This document shows positions 50,359 to 63,997 of a stretch of 64,000 nt of DNA, one piece after another. The notes under the pieces are model-generated. The model saw only the letters and a list, made by a program, of their open reading frames with translations, was not told where the DNA came from and searched no databases. The stretch comes from Auanema rhodensis (Eukaryota; Animalia; Nematoda): assembly GCA_964057225.1 (NCBI GenBank), contig OZ059898.1, forward strand, positions 10,230,001-10,294,000, read 5' to 3'. The stretch's first letter is position 1. The number at the start of each line of letters is the position of its first letter. The translations under genes and the position numbers were made by a program.

Positions 50359-50429
50359 TGCATCGGCCGGGAATCGAAGCCGGGTTGCCCGCGTGGCAGG
50401 CGAGCATTCTACCACTGAACCACCGATGT
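50359..50429 (-). tRNA. tRNA-Gly(GCC), G53C + variable-loop G>A + G1A; probable pseudogene
   Basis: TCGAAGCCGGGTTG and CCGATGT on +. Confidence 0.7.
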
Positions 50430-51456
50430 TTCGAAAATGTTAGATTGTTTCCGAAAAATTATGAAAAGTCAAGTTCTACTGATTTGAAGAGAATTGTAAG
50501 TTTTAGAAAATAATTAAAAATAAGTTCTCTCTACTATTAACTGATTGTCGGCTAAAATATGGTAACAGTTTTTATAAAAAGTTTCCATGATTAGGATTAA
50601 ACAAAAAAAAGAATTAAAAAGAAACACTTCTTGTTTACTTACTTGATTATACTACTTGAAATTGGAAAAAAAGTAAAAAACAATTGAGAAAGCGACATAA
50701 ACAGTTGAACGATTTGAAGAGAATTGTAAGTTCAAGAAAAGAATTAAAGTTTAGCTTTGTCTACTATTAACTGATTATCGGCTGAAATATGGTGACAGTT
50801 TTTTATTAAAAGTTTCCATGATTAAGATTAAACAAAGAAGAAAAAATCAAAGAGAGACACTTCTTGTTTACTTATTTGATTATAATACTTGAAATTCCAA
50901 AAACAGTAGAATAAAATAGAGAAAGCGACGAAAAAAGTTGAACGATTTGAAGAGAATTGTAAGTTTAAGAAAAGATTTAAAGTTAAGCTTTGTCTACTAT
51001 TAACTGATTATCGGCTGAAATATGGTGACAGTTTTTTATTAAAAGTTTCCATGATTAAGATTAAACAAAGAAAAAAAATCAAAGAGAAACACTTCTTGTT
51101 TACTTATTTGATTATAACACTTGAAATTCCAACAAAAGTAAAGTAAAACTGTTAAAGCGAGTAAAACTGTTGAACGATTTCAAGACAATTGTAAGTTGAA
51201 GAAAAAAATTAAAGTTTAGCTCTCTCTACTATTAACTGAATGTCGGCTGAAATAAGGTAACAGTTTTTATTAAAAGTTTCCATGATTTCGATTAAACAAA
51301 GAAAAAAAATCAAAGAGAAACACTTCTTGTTTACTAATTCGATTATAACACTTGAAAATCCAACAAAAGTAAAATAAAACTGTGAAAGCGGGTAAAACTG
51401 TTGAACTAAAACAGTCTTTATAAAATATAAATGATATTTTTTTATAAAAGTGAAGT

Positions 51457-51527
51457 TGCATCGGCCGGGAATCGAACCCGGGTCGCACGCGTGGCAGGCG
51501 AGCATTCTACCACTGAACCACCGATGC
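51457..51527 (-). tRNA. tRNA-Gly(GCC), variant G42T
   Basis: GTCGCACGCG on +. Confidence 0.85.
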
Positions 51528-52551
51528 TTCGAAAATGTTAGATTGTTTCCGAAAAATTATGAAAAGTCAAGTTCTACTGATTTGAAGAGAATTGTAAGTT
51601 TTAGAAAATGATTAAAAATTAGTTCTCTCTACTATTAACTGATTGTCGGCTAAAATATGGTAACAGTTTTTATAAAAAGTTTCCATGATTAGGATTAAAC
51701 AAAAGAAGAATTAAAGAGAAACACTTTTTGTTTACTTATTTGATTATAATACTTGAAATTCCAAAAACAGTAGAATAAAATTGAGAAATCGACAAAAACA
51801 GTTGAACGATTTGAAGAGAATTGTAAGTTTTAGAAAAGAATTAAAGTTCAGCTATCTCTACTATTAACTGACTATCGGCTAGAATAAGGTAACAGTTTTT
51901 ATTGAAAGTTTCCATGATTAAGATTGAACAAAAAAAAAAATTAGAGAGAAACACTTCTTGTTTACTTACTTGATTATAATACTTGAAATTCCAAAAACAG
52001 TAAAATAAAATTGAGAAAGCGACAAAAACAGTTGAACGATTTGAAGACAATTGTAAGTTTAAGAAAAGAATTAAAGTTTAGCTTTGTCTACTATTAACTG
52101 ATTATCGGCTGAAATATGGTGACAGTTTTTTTTTAAAAGTTTCCATGATTAAGATTAAACAAAGAAAAAAAAATCAAAGAGAAACACTTCTTGTTTACTA
52201 ATTCGATTATAACACTTGAAATTCCAACAAAAGTAAAGTAAAACTGTTAAAGCGAGTAAAACTGTTGAACAATTTGAAGACAATTGTAAGTTGAAAAAAA
52301 AAATTAAAGTTTAGCTCTCTCTACTATTAACTGAATGTCGGCTAAAATATGATAACAGTTTTTATTAAAAGTTTCCATGATTAAGATTAAACAAAGAAAA
52401 AAAATCAAAGAGAAACACTTCTTGTTTACTAATTTGATTATAACACTTGAAATTCCAACAAAAGTAAAATAAAACTGTGAAAGCGGGTAAAACTGTTGAA
52501 CTAAAACAGTCTTTATAAAATATAAATGATATTTTTTTATAAAAGTGAAGT

Positions 52552-52622
52552 TGCATCGGCCGGGAATCGAACCCGGGTCGCCCGCGTGGCAGGCGAGCAT
52601 TCTACCACTGAACCACCGATGC
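52552..52622 (-). tRNA. tRNA-Gly(GCC)
   Basis: Matches array consensus. Confidence 0.95.
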
Positions 52623-53417
52623 TTCGAAAATGTTAGATTGTTTCCGAAAAATTATGAAAAGTCAAGTTCTACTGATTTGAAGAGAATTGTAAGTTTTAGA
52701 AAATAATTAAAAATAAGTTCTCTCTACTATTAACTGATTGTCGGCTAAAATATGGTAACAGTTTTTATAAAAAGTTTCCATGATTAGGATTAAACAAAAA
52801 AAAGAATTAAAAAGAAACACTTCTTGTTTACTTACTTGATTATACTACTTGAAATTCGAAAAAAAGTAAAAAACAATTGAGAAAGCGACATAAACAGTTG
52901 AACGATTTGAAGAGAATTGTAAGTTCAAGAAAAGAATTAAAGTTTAGCTTTGTCTACTATTAACTGATTATCGGCTGAAATATGGTGACAGTTTTTTATT
53001 AAAAGTTTCCATGATTAAGATTAAACAAAGAAGAAAAAATCAAAGAGAGACACTTCTTGTTTACTTATTTGATTATAATACTTGAAATTCCAAAAACAGT
53101 AGAATAAAATAGAGAAAGCGACGAAAAAAGTTGAACGATTTGAAGAGAATTGTAAGTTTAAGAAAAGATTTAAAGTTAAGCTTTGTCTACTATTAACTGA
53201 TTATCGGCTAAAATATGGTAACAGTTTTTATTAAAAGTTTCCAGGATTAAGATTAAACAAAGAAAAAAAATCAAAGAGAAACACTTCTTGTTTACTAATT
53301 TGATTATAACACTTGAAATTCCAACAAAAGTAAAATAAAACTGTGAAAGCGGGTAAAACTGTTGAACTAAAACAGTCTTTATAAAATATAAATGATATTT
53401 TTTTATAAAAGTGAAGT

Positions 53418-53488
53418 TGCATCGGCCGGGAATCGAAGCCGGGTTGCCCGCGTGGCAGGCGAGCATTCTACCACTGAACCACCGATGC
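53418..53488 (-). tRNA. tRNA-Gly(GCC), B-box variant G53C + variable-loop G>A; possible pseudogene
   Basis: TCGAAGCCGGGTTG on +. Confidence 0.75.
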
Positions 53489-54280
53489 TTCGAAAATGTT
53501 AGATTGTTTCCGAAAAATTATGAAAAGTCAAGTTCTACTGATTTGAAGAGAATTGTAAGTTTTAGAAAATAATTAAAAATAAGTTCTCTCTACTATTAAC
53601 TGATTGTCGGCTAAAATATGGTAACAGTTTTTATAAAAAGTTTCCATGATTAGGATTAAACAAAAAAAAGAATTAAAAAGAAACACTTCTTGTTTACTTA
53701 CTTGATTATACTACTTGAAATTCGAAAAAAAGTAAAAAACAATTGAGAAAGCGACATAAACAGTTGAACGATTTGAAGAGAATTGTAAGTTTAAGAAAAG
53801 ATTTAAAGTTTAGCTTTGTCTACTATTAACTGATTATCGGCTAAAATAAGGTAACAGTTTTTATTGAAAGTTTCCATGATTAAGATTAAACAAAGAAAAA
53901 AATCAAAGAGAAACACTTTTTGTTTACTTACTTGATTATAATACTTGAAATTCCAAAAACAGTAAAATAAAATTGAAAAAGCGACAAAAACAGTTGAACG
54001 ATTTGAAGACAATTGTAAGTTGAAGAATAAAATTAAAGTTTAGCTCTCTCTACTATTAACTGAATGTCGGCTAAAATATGGTATCAGTTTTTATTAAAAG
54101 TTTCCATGATTAAGATTAAACAAAGAAAAAAAATCAAAGAGAAACACTTCTTGTTTACTAATTTGATTATAACACTTGAAAATCCAACAAAAGTAAAATA
54201 AAACTGTGAAAGCGGGTAAAACTGTTGAACTAAAACAGTCTTTATAAAATATAAATGCTATATTTTTATAAAAGTGAAGT

Positions 54281-54351
54281 TGCATCGGCCGGGAATCGAA
54301 CCCGGGTCGCCCGCGTGGCAGGCGAGCATTCTACCACTGAACCACCGATGC
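54281..54351 (-). tRNA. tRNA-Gly(GCC)
   Basis: Matches array consensus. Confidence 0.95.
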
Positions 54352-54913
54352 TTCGAAAATGTTAGATTGTTTCCGAAAAATTATGAAAAGTCAAGTTCTA
54401 CTGATTTGAAGAGAATTGTAAGTTTTAGAAAATAATTAAAAATTAGTTCTCTCTACTATTAACTGATTGTCGGCTAAAATATGGTAACAGTTTTTATAAA
54501 AAGTTTCCATGATTAGGATTAAACAAAAAAAAGAATTAAAGAGAAACACTTTTTGTTTACTTATTTGATTATAATACTTGAAATTCCAACAAAAGTAAAG
54601 TGAAACTGTTAAAGCGAGTAAAACTTTTGAACAATTTGAAGACAATTGTAAGTTGAAGAATAAAATTAAAGTTTAGCTCTCTCTACTATTAACTGAATGT
54701 CGGCTAAAATATGGTAACAGTTTTTATTAAAAGTTTCCATGATTAAGATTAAACAAAGAAAAAAAATCAAAGAGAAACACTTCTTGTTTACTAATTTGAT
54801 TATAACACTTGAAATTCCAACAAAAGTAAAATAAAACTGTGAAAGCGGGTAAAACTGTTGAACTTAAACAGTCTTTATAAAATATAAATGATATTTTTTT
54901 ATAAAAGTGAAGT

Positions 54914-54984
54914 TGCATCGGCCGGGAATCGAACCCGGGTCGTCCGCGTGGCAGGCGAGCATTCTACCACTGAACCACCGATGC
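54914..54984 (-). tRNA. tRNA-Gly(GCC), variant G43A
   Basis: GTCGTCCGCG on +. Confidence 0.85.
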
Positions 54985-55548
54985 TTCGAAAATGTTAGAT
55001 TGTTTCCGAAAAATTATGAAAAGTCAAGTTCTACTGATTTGAAGAAAATTGTAAGTTTTAGAAAATAATTAAAAATAAGTTCTCTCTACTATTAACTGAT
55101 TGTCGGCTAAAATATGGTAACAGTTTTCATAAAAAGTTTCCATGATTGAGATTAAACAAAAAAAAGAATTAAAGAGAAACACTTCTTGTTTACTTACTTG
55201 ATTATACTACTTGAAATTCGAAAAAAAGTAAAAAACAATTGAGAAAGCGACATAAACAGTTGAACGATTTGAAGAGAATTGTAAGTTTTAGAAAAGAATT
55301 AAAGTTCAGCTATCTCTACTATTAACTGATTATCGGCTGAAATATGGTGACAGTTTTTTATTAAAAGTTTCCATGATTAAGATTAAACAAAGAAAAAAAA
55401 ATCAAAGAGAAACACTTCTTGTTTACTTATTTGATTATAACACTTGAAATTCCAACAAAAGTAAAGTATAACTGTTAAAGCGAGTAAAACTGTTGAACTA
55501 AAACAGTCTTTATAAAATATAAATGATATATTTTTATAAAAGTGAAGT

Positions 55549-55619
55549 TGCATCGGCCGGGAATCGAACCCGGGTCGCCCGCGTGGCAGGCGAGCATTCT
55601 ACCACTGAACCACCGATGC
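55549..55619 (-). tRNA. tRNA-Gly(GCC)
   Basis: Matches array consensus. Confidence 0.95.
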
Positions 55620-56643
55620 TTCGAAAATGTTAGATTGTTTCCGAAAAATTATGAAAAGTCAAGTTCTACTGATTTGAAGAGAATTGTAAGTTTTAGAAAA
55701 TAATTAAAAATTAGTTCTCTCTACTATTAACTGATTGTCGGCTAAAATATGGTTACAGTTTTTATAAAAAGTTTCCATGATTAGGATGAAACAAAAAAAG
55801 AATTAAAGAGAAACACTTTTTGTTTACTTATTTGATTATAATACTTTAAATTCCAAAAACAGTAGAATAAAATTGAGAAATCGACAAAAACAGTTGAACG
55901 ATTTAAAGAGAATTGTAAGTTTTAGAAAAGAATTAAAGTTCAGCTATCTCTACTATTAACTGACTATCGGCTAGAATAAGGTAACAGTTTTTATTGAAAG
56001 TTTCCATGATTAAGATTGAACAAAAAAAAAATTAGAGAGAAACACTTCTTGTTTACTTACTTGATTATAATACTTGAAAGTCCAAAAACAGTAAAATAAA
56101 ATTGAGAAAGCGACAAAAACAGTTGAACGATTTGAAGACAATTGTAAGTTTAAGAAAAGAATTAAAGTTTAGCTTTGTCTACTATTAACTGATTATCGGC
56201 TGAAATATGGTGACAGATTTTTTTTAAAAGTTTCCAGGATTAAGATTAAACAAAGAAAAAAAAATCAAAGAGAAACACTTCTTGTTTACTAATTTGATTA
56301 TAATACTTGAAATTCCAAAAACAGTAGAATGAAATAGAGAAAGCGACGAAAAAAGTTGAACGATTTGAAGAGAATTGTAAGTTTTAGAAAAGAATTAAAG
56401 TTTAGCTCTCTCTACTATTTAATGATTGTCGGCTAAAATATGGTAACAGTTTTTATTAAAAGTTTCCATGATTAAAATTAAACAAAGAAAAAAAAATCAA
56501 AGAGAAACACTTCTTGTTTACTAATTTGATTATAACACTTGAAAATCCAACAAAAGTAAAATAAAACTGTAAAAGCGAGTAAAACTGTTGAAATAAAACA
56601 GTTTTTATTAAATATAAATGATATTTTTTTATAAAAGTGAAGT

Positions 56644-56714
56644 TGCATCGGCCGGGAATCGAACCCGGGTCGCCCGCGTGGCAGGCGAGCATTCTACCAC
56701 TGAACCACCGATGC
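56644..56714 (-). tRNA. tRNA-Gly(GCC)
   Basis: Matches array consensus. Confidence 0.95.
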
Positions 56715-57279
56715 TTCGAAAATGTTAGATTGTTTCCGAAAAATTATGAAAAGTCAAGTTCTACTGATTTGAAGAGAATTGTAAGTTTTAGAAAATAATT
56801 AAAAATAAGTTCTCTCTACTATTAACTGATTGTCGGCTAAAATATGGTAACAGTTTTTATAAAAAGTTTCCATGATTAGGATTAAACAAAAAAAAGAATT
56901 AAAAAGAAACACTTCTTGTTTACTTACTTGATTATACTACTTGAAATTCGAAAAAAAGTAAAAAACAATTGAGAAAGCGACATAAACAGTTGAACGATTT
57001 GAAGAGAATTGTAAGTTTAAGAAAAGAATTGAAGTTTAGCTTTGTCTACTATTAACTGATTATCGGCTGAAATATGGTGACAGTTTTTTATTAAAAGTTT
57101 CCATGATTAAGATTAAACAAAGAAAAAAAAATCAAAGAGAGACACTTCTTGTTTACTTATTTGATTATAATACTTGAAATTCCAAAAACAGTAGAATAAA
57201 ACTGTAAAAGCAAGTAAAACTGTTGAAATAAAACAGTTTTTATTAAATATAAATGATATTTTTTTATAAAAAAGGAAGT

Positions 57280-57350
57280 TGCATCGGCCGGGAATCGAAC
57301 CCGGGTTGCCCGCGTGGCAGGCGAGCATTCTACCACTGAACCACCGATGC
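57280..57350 (-). tRNA. tRNA-Gly(GCC), variable-loop G>A; 7-bp 5'-flank deletion
   Basis: CCCGGGTTGCC on +; followed by TTGTTAG. Confidence 0.88.
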
Positions 57351-57659
57351 TTGTTAGATTGTTTCCGAAAAATTATGAAAAGTCAAGTTCTACTGATTTG
57401 AAGAGAATTGTAAGTTTTAGAAAAGAATTAAAGTTCAGCTATCTCTACTATTAACTGATTATCGGCTGAAATATGGTGACAGTTTTTTTTTAAAAGTTTC
57501 CATGATTAAGATTAATCAAAGAAAAAAAAATCAAAGAGAAACACTTCTTGTTTACTAATTTGATTATAACACTTGAAATTCCAACAAAAGTAAAGTAAAA
57601 CTGTTGAACTAAAACAGTCTTTATAAAATATAAATGATATTTTTTTATAAAAGTGAAGT

Positions 57660-57730
57660 TGCATCGGCCGGGAATCGAACCCGGGTCGCCCGCGTGGCAG
57701 GCGAGCATTCTACCACTGAACCACCGATGC
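57660..57730 (-). tRNA. tRNA-Gly(GCC)
   Basis: Matches array consensus. Confidence 0.95.
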
Positions 57731-58758
57731 TTCGAAAATGTTAGATTGTTTCCGAAAAATTATGAAAAGTCAAGTTCTACTGATTTGAAGAGAATTGTAA
57801 GTTTTAGAAAATAATTAAAAATAAGTTCTCTCTACTATTAACTGATTGTCGGCTAAAATATGGTAACAGTTTTTATAAAAAGTTTCCATGATTAGGATTA
57901 AACAAAAAAAAGAATTAAAAAGAAACACTTCTTGTTTACTTACTTGATTATACTACTTGAAATTCGAAAAAAAGTAAAAAACAATTGAGAAAGCGACATA
58001 AACAGTTGAACGATTTGAAGAGAATTGTAAGTTCAAGAAAAGAATTAAAATTTAGCTTTGTCTACTATTAACTGATTATCGGCTGAAATATGGTGACAGT
58101 TTTTTATTAAAAGTTTCCATGATTAAGATTAAACAAAGAAGAAAAAATCAAAGAGAGACACTTCTTGTTTACTTATTTGATTATAATACTTGAAATTCCA
58201 AAAACAGTAGAATAAAATAGAGAAAGCGACGAAAAAAGATGAACGATTTGAAGAGAATTGTAAGTTTAAGAAAAGATTTAAAGTTTAGCTTTGTCTACTA
58301 TTAACTGATTATTGGCTGAAATATGGTGACAGTTTTTTATTAAAAGTTTCCATGATTAAGATTAAACAAAGAAAAAAAAATCAAAGAGAAACACTTCTTG
58401 TTTACTTATTTGATTATAACACTTGAAATTCCAACAAAAGTAAAGTAAAACTGTTAAAGCGAGTAAAACTGTTGAACGATTTCAAGACAATTGTAAGTTG
58501 AAGAAAAAAATTAAAGTTTAGCTCTCTCTACTATTAACTGAATGTCGGCTGAAATAAGGTAACAGTTTTTATTAAAAGTTTCCAAGATTTAGATTAAACA
58601 AAGAAAAAAAATCAAAGAGAAACACTTCTTGTTTACTAATTCGATTATAACACTTGAAAATCCAACAAAAGTAAAATAAAACTGTGAAAGCGGGTAAAAC
58701 TGTTGAACTAAAACAGTCTTTATAAAATATAAATGATATTTTTTTATAAAAGTGAAGT

Positions 58759-58829
58759 TGCATCGGCCGGGAATCGAACCCGGGTCGCCCGCGTGGCAGG
58801 CGAGCATTCTACCACTGAACCACCGATGC
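58759..58829 (-). tRNA. tRNA-Gly(GCC)
   Basis: Matches array consensus. Confidence 0.95.
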
Positions 58830-59391
58830 TTCGAAAATGTTAGATTGTTTCCGAAAAATTATGAAAAGTCAAGTTCTACTGATTTGAAGAGAATTGTAAG
58901 TTTTAGAAAATAATTAAAAATTAGTTCTCTCTACTATTAACTGATTGTCGGCTAAAATATGGTAACAGTTTTTATAAAAAGTTTCCATGATTAGGATTAA
59001 ACAAAAGAAGAATTAAAGAGAAACACTTTTTGTTTACTTATTTGATTATAATACTTGAAATTCCAAAAACAGTAGAATAAAATTGAGAAATCGACAAAAA
59101 CAGTTGAACGATTTGAAGAGAATTGTAAGTTTTAGAAAATAATTAAAAATTAGTTCTCTCTACTATTAACTGATTATCGGCTAAAATATGGTAACAGTTT
59201 TTATTAAAAGTTTCCATGATTAAGATTGAACAAAGAAAAAAAAATTAAAGAGAAACACTTCTTGTTTACTAATTTGATTATAACACTTGAAAATCCAACA
59301 AAAGTAAAATAAAACTGTAAAAGCGAGTAAAACTGTTGAAATAAAACAGTTTTTATTAAATATAAATGATATTTTTTTATAAAAATGAAGT

Positions 59392-59462
59392 TGCATCGGC
59401 CGGGAATCGAACCCGGGTCGCCCGCGTGGCAGGCGAGCATTCTACCACTGAACCACCGATGC
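59392..59462 (-). tRNA. tRNA-Gly(GCC)
   Basis: Consensus gene; 7-bp 5'-flank deletion. Confidence 0.94.
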
Positions 59463-60484
59463 TTGTTAGATTGTTTCCGAAAAATTATGAAAAGTCAAGT
59501 TCTACTGATTTGAAGAGAATTGTAAGTTTTAGAAAAGAATTAAAGTTCAGCTATCTCTACTATTAACTGATTATCGGCTAAAATAAGGTAACAGTTTTTA
59601 TTAAAAGTTTCCATGATTAAGATTAAACAAAGAAAAAAAATCAAAGAGAAACACTTCTTGTTTACTTATTTGATTATAATACTTGAAATTCCAAAAACAG
59701 TAGAATAAAATAGAGAAAGCGACGAAAAAAGTTGAACGATTTGAAGAGAATTGTAAGTTTTAGAAAAGAATTAAAGTTTAGCTTTGTCTACTATTAACTG
59801 ATTATCGGCTGAAATATGGTGACAGTTTTTTATTAAAAGTTTCCATGATTAAGATTAAACAAAGAAGAAAAAATCAAAGAGAGACACTTCTTGTTTACTT
59901 ATTTGATTATAATACTTGAAATTCCAAAAACAGTAGAATAAAATAGAGAAAGCGACGAAAAAAGATGAACGATTTGAAGAGAATTGTAAGTTTAAGAAAA
60001 GATTTAAAGTTTAGCTTTGTCTACTATTAACTGATTATCGGCTGAAATATGGTGACAGTTTTTTATTAAAAGTTTCCATGATTAAGATTAAACAAAGAAA
60101 AAAAAATCAAAGAGAAACACTTCTTGTTTACTTATTTGATTATAACACTTGAAATTCCAACAAAAGTAAAGTAAAACTGTTAAAGCGAGTAAAACTGTTG
60201 AACGATTTCAAGACAATTGTAAGTTGAAGAAAAAAATTAAAGTTTAGCTCTCTCTACTATTAACTGAATGTCGGCTGAAATAAGGTAACAGTTTTTATTA
60301 AAAGTTTCCAAGATTTAGATTAAACAAAGAAAAAAAATCAAAGAGAAACACTTCTTGTTTACTAATTCGATTATAACACTTGAAAATCCAACAAAAGTAA
60401 AATAAAACTGTGAAAGCGGGTAAAACTGTTGAACTAAAACAGTCTTTATAAAATATAAATGATATTTTTTTATAAAAGTGAAGT

Positions 60485-60555
60485 TGCATCGGCCGGGAAT
60501 CGAACCCGGGTCGCCCGCGTGGCAGGCGAGCATTCTACCACTGAACCACCGATGC
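60485..60555 (-). tRNA. tRNA-Gly(GCC)
   Basis: Matches array consensus. Confidence 0.95.
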
Positions 60556-61348
60556 TTCGAAAATGTTAGATTGTTTCCGAAAAATTATGAAAAGTCAAGT
60601 TCTACTGATTTGAAGAGAATTGTAAGTTTTAGAAAATAATTAAAAATTAGTTCTCTCTACTATTAACTGATTGTCGGCTAAAATATGGTAACAGTTTTTA
60701 TAAAAAGTTTCCATGATTAGGATTAAACAAAAGAAGAATTAAAGAGAAACACTTTTTGTTTACTTATTTGATTATAATACTTGAAATTCCAAAAACAGTA
60801 GAATAAAATTGAGAAATCGACAAAAACAGTTGAACAATTTGAAGACAATTGTAAGTTGAAGAAAAAAATTAAAGTTTAGCTCTCTCTACTATTTAATGAT
60901 TGTCGGCTAAAATATGGTAACAGTTTTTATTAAAAGTTTCCATGATTAAGATTAAACAAAGAAAAAAAATCAAAGAGAAACACTTCTTGTTTACTTATTT
61001 GATTATAATACTTGAAATTCCAAAAACAGTAAAATAAAATAGAGAAAGCGACGAAAAAAGTTGAACAATTTGAAGACAATTGTAAGTTGAAGAAAAAAAT
61101 TAAAGTTTAGCTCTCTCTACTATTTAATGATTGTCGGCTAAAATATGGTAACAGTTTTTATTAAAAGTTTCCATGATTAAGATTGAACAAAGAAAAAAAA
61201 ATCAAAGAGAAACACTTCTTGTTTACTAATTTGATTATAACACTTGAAAATCCAACAAAAGTAAAATAAAACTGTAAAAGCGAGTAAAACTGTTGAAATA
61301 AAACAGTTTTTATTAAATATAAATGATATTTTTTTATAAAAATGAAGT

Positions 61349-61419
61349 TGCATCGGCCGGGAATCGAACCCGGGTCGCCCGCGTGGCAGGCGAGCATTCT
61401 ACCACTGAACCACCGATGC
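61349..61419 (-). tRNA. tRNA-Gly(GCC)
   Basis: Consensus gene; 7-bp 5'-flank deletion. Confidence 0.94.
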
Positions 61420-62208
61420 TTGTTAGATTGTTTCCGAAAAATTATGAAAAGTCAAGTTCTACTGATTTGAAGAGAATTGTAAGTTTTAGAAAAGAATTAA
61501 AGTTCAGCTATCTCTACTATTAACTGATTATCGGCTAAAATAAGGTAACAGTTTTTATTAAAAGTTTCCATGATTAAGATTAAACAAAGAAAAAAAATCA
61601 AAGAGAAACACTTCTTGTTTACTTATTTGATTATAATACTTGAAATTCGAAAAAAAGTAAAAAACAATTGAGAAAGCGACATAAACAGTTGAACGATTTG
61701 AAGAGAATTGTAAGTTTTAGAAAAGAATTGAAGTTTAGCTTTGTCTACTATTAACTGATTATCGGCTGAAATATGGTGACAGTTTTTTTTTAAAAGTTTC
61801 CATGATTAAGATTAATCAAAGAAAAAAAAATCAAAGAGAAACACTTCTTGTTTACTAATTTGATTATAACACTTGAAATTCCAACAAAAGTAAAGTAAAA
61901 CTGTTAAAGCGAGTAAAACTGTTGAACAATTTGAAGACAATTGTAAGTTGAAGAATAAAATTAAAGTTTAGCTCTCTCTACTATTAACTGAATGTCGGCT
62001 AAAATATGGTAACAGTTTTTATTAAAAGTTTCCATGATTAAGATTAAACAAAGAAAAAAAATCAAAGAGAAACACTTCTTGTTTACTAATTTGATTATAA
62101 CACTTGAAAATCCAACAAAAGTAAAATAAAACTGTAAAAGCGAGTAAAACTGTTGAAATAAAACAGTTTTTATTAAATATAAATGATATTTTTTTATAAA
62201 AATGAAGT

Positions 62209-62279
62209 TGCATCGGCCGGGAATCGAACCCGGGTCGCCCGCGTGGCAGGCGAGCATTCTACCACTGAACCACCGATGC
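62209..62279 (-). tRNA. tRNA-Gly(GCC)
   Basis: Consensus gene; 7-bp 5'-flank deletion. Confidence 0.94.
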
Positions 62280-63067
62280 TTGTTAGATTGTTTCCGAAAA
62301 ATTATGAAAAGTCAAGTTCTACTGATTTGAAGAAAATTGTAAGTTTTAGAAAATAATTAAAAATAAGTTCTCTCTACTATTAACTGATTGTCGGCTAAAA
62401 TATGGTAACAGTTTTCATGAAAAGTTTCCATGATTAGGATTAAACAAAAAAAAGAATTAAAAAGAAACACTTTTTGTTTACTTATTTGATTATAATACTT
62501 GAAATTCCAAAAACAGTAGAATAAAATTGAGAAATCGACAAAAACAGTTGAACAATTTGAAGACAATTGTAAGTTGAAGAAAAAAATTAAAGTTTAGCTC
62601 TCTCTACTATTTAATGATTGTCGGCTGAAATATGGTGACAGTTTTTTATTAAAAGTTTCCATGATTAAGATTAAACAAAGAAAAAAAATCAAAGAGAAAC
62701 ACTTCTTATTTACTTACTTGATTATAATACTTGAAATTCCAAAAACAGTAAAATAAAATAGAGAAAGCGACGAAAAAAGTTGAACAATTTGAAGACAATT
62801 GTAAGTTGAAGAAAAAAATTAAAGTTTAGCTCTCTCTACTATTTAATGATTGTCGGCTAAAATATGGTAACAGTTTTTATTAAAAGTTTCCATGATTAAG
62901 ATTGAACAAAGAAAAAAAAATCAAAGAGAAACACTTCTTGTTTACTAATTTGATTATAACACTTGAAAATCCAACAAAAGTAAAATAAAACTGTAAAAGC
63001 GAGTAAAACTGTTGAAATAAAACAGTTTTTATTAAATATAAATGATATTTTTTTATAAAAATGAAGT

Positions 63068-63138
63068 TGCATCGGCCGGGAATCGAACCCGGGTCGCCCG
63101 CGTGGCAGGCGAGCATTCTACCACTGAACCACCGATGC
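63068..63138 (-). tRNA. tRNA-Gly(GCC)
   Basis: Consensus gene; 7-bp 5'-flank deletion. Confidence 0.94.
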
Positions 63139-63926
63139 TTGTTAGATTGTTTCCGAAAAATTATGAAAAGTCAAGTTCTACTGATTTGAAGAGAATTGTA
63201 AGTTTTAGAAAAGAATTAAAGTTCAGCTATCTCTACTATTAACTGATTATCGGCTAAAATAAGGTAACAGTTTTTATTAAAAGTTTCCATGATTAAGATT
63301 AAACAAAGAAAAAAAATCAAAGAGAAACACTTCTTGTTTACTTATTTGATTATAATACTTGAAATTCGAAAAAAAGTAAAAAACAATTGAGAAAGCGACA
63401 TAAACAGTTGAACGATTTGAAGAGAATTGTAAGTTTTAGAAAAGAATTGAAGTTTAGCTTTGTCTACTATTAACTGATTATCGGCTGAAATATGGTGACA
63501 GTTTTTTTTTAAAAGTTTCCATGATTAAGATTAATCAAAGAAAAAAAATCAAAGAGAAACACTTCTTGTTTACTAATTTGATTATAACACTTGAAATTCC
63601 AACAAAAGTAAAGTAAAACTGTTAAAGCGAGTAAAACTGTTGAAGAATTTGAAGACAATTGTAAGTTGAAGAATAAAATTAAAGTTTAGCTCTCTCTACT
63701 ATTAACTGAATGTCGGCTAAAATATGGTAACAGTTTTTATTAAAAGTTTCCATGATTAAGATTAAACAAAGAAAAAAAATCAAAGAGAAACACTTCTTGT
63801 TTACTAATTTGATTATAACACTTGAAAATCCAACAAAAGTAAAATAAAACTGTAAAAGCGAGTAAAACTGTTGAAATAAAACAGTTTTTATTAAATATAA
63901 ATGATATTTTTTTATAAAAATGAAGT

Positions 63927-63997
63927 TGCATCGGCCGGGAATCGAACCCGGGTCGCCCGCGTGGCAGGCGAGCATTCTACCACTGAACCACCGATGC
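63927..63997 (-). tRNA. tRNA-Gly(GCC)
   Basis: Consensus gene; flank begins TTG as in the deletion haplotype (window ends). Confidence 0.94.

Noticed and set aside
714-63975. Dozens of 60-98 aa ORFs (MLACHAG..., MQLHFY..., MSSNRS..., MKLHRPG...)
   Set aside because: They are translations of the tRNA and AT-rich satellite, F/L/I/K-biased, and freely frameshifted between copies by homopolymer changes.
96-63997. CRISPR-like appearance (identical GC-rich repeat with spacers)
   Set aside because: The repeat is a 71-nt tRNA, the spacers are long and mutually homologous, there are no cas genes, and the context is eukaryotic.
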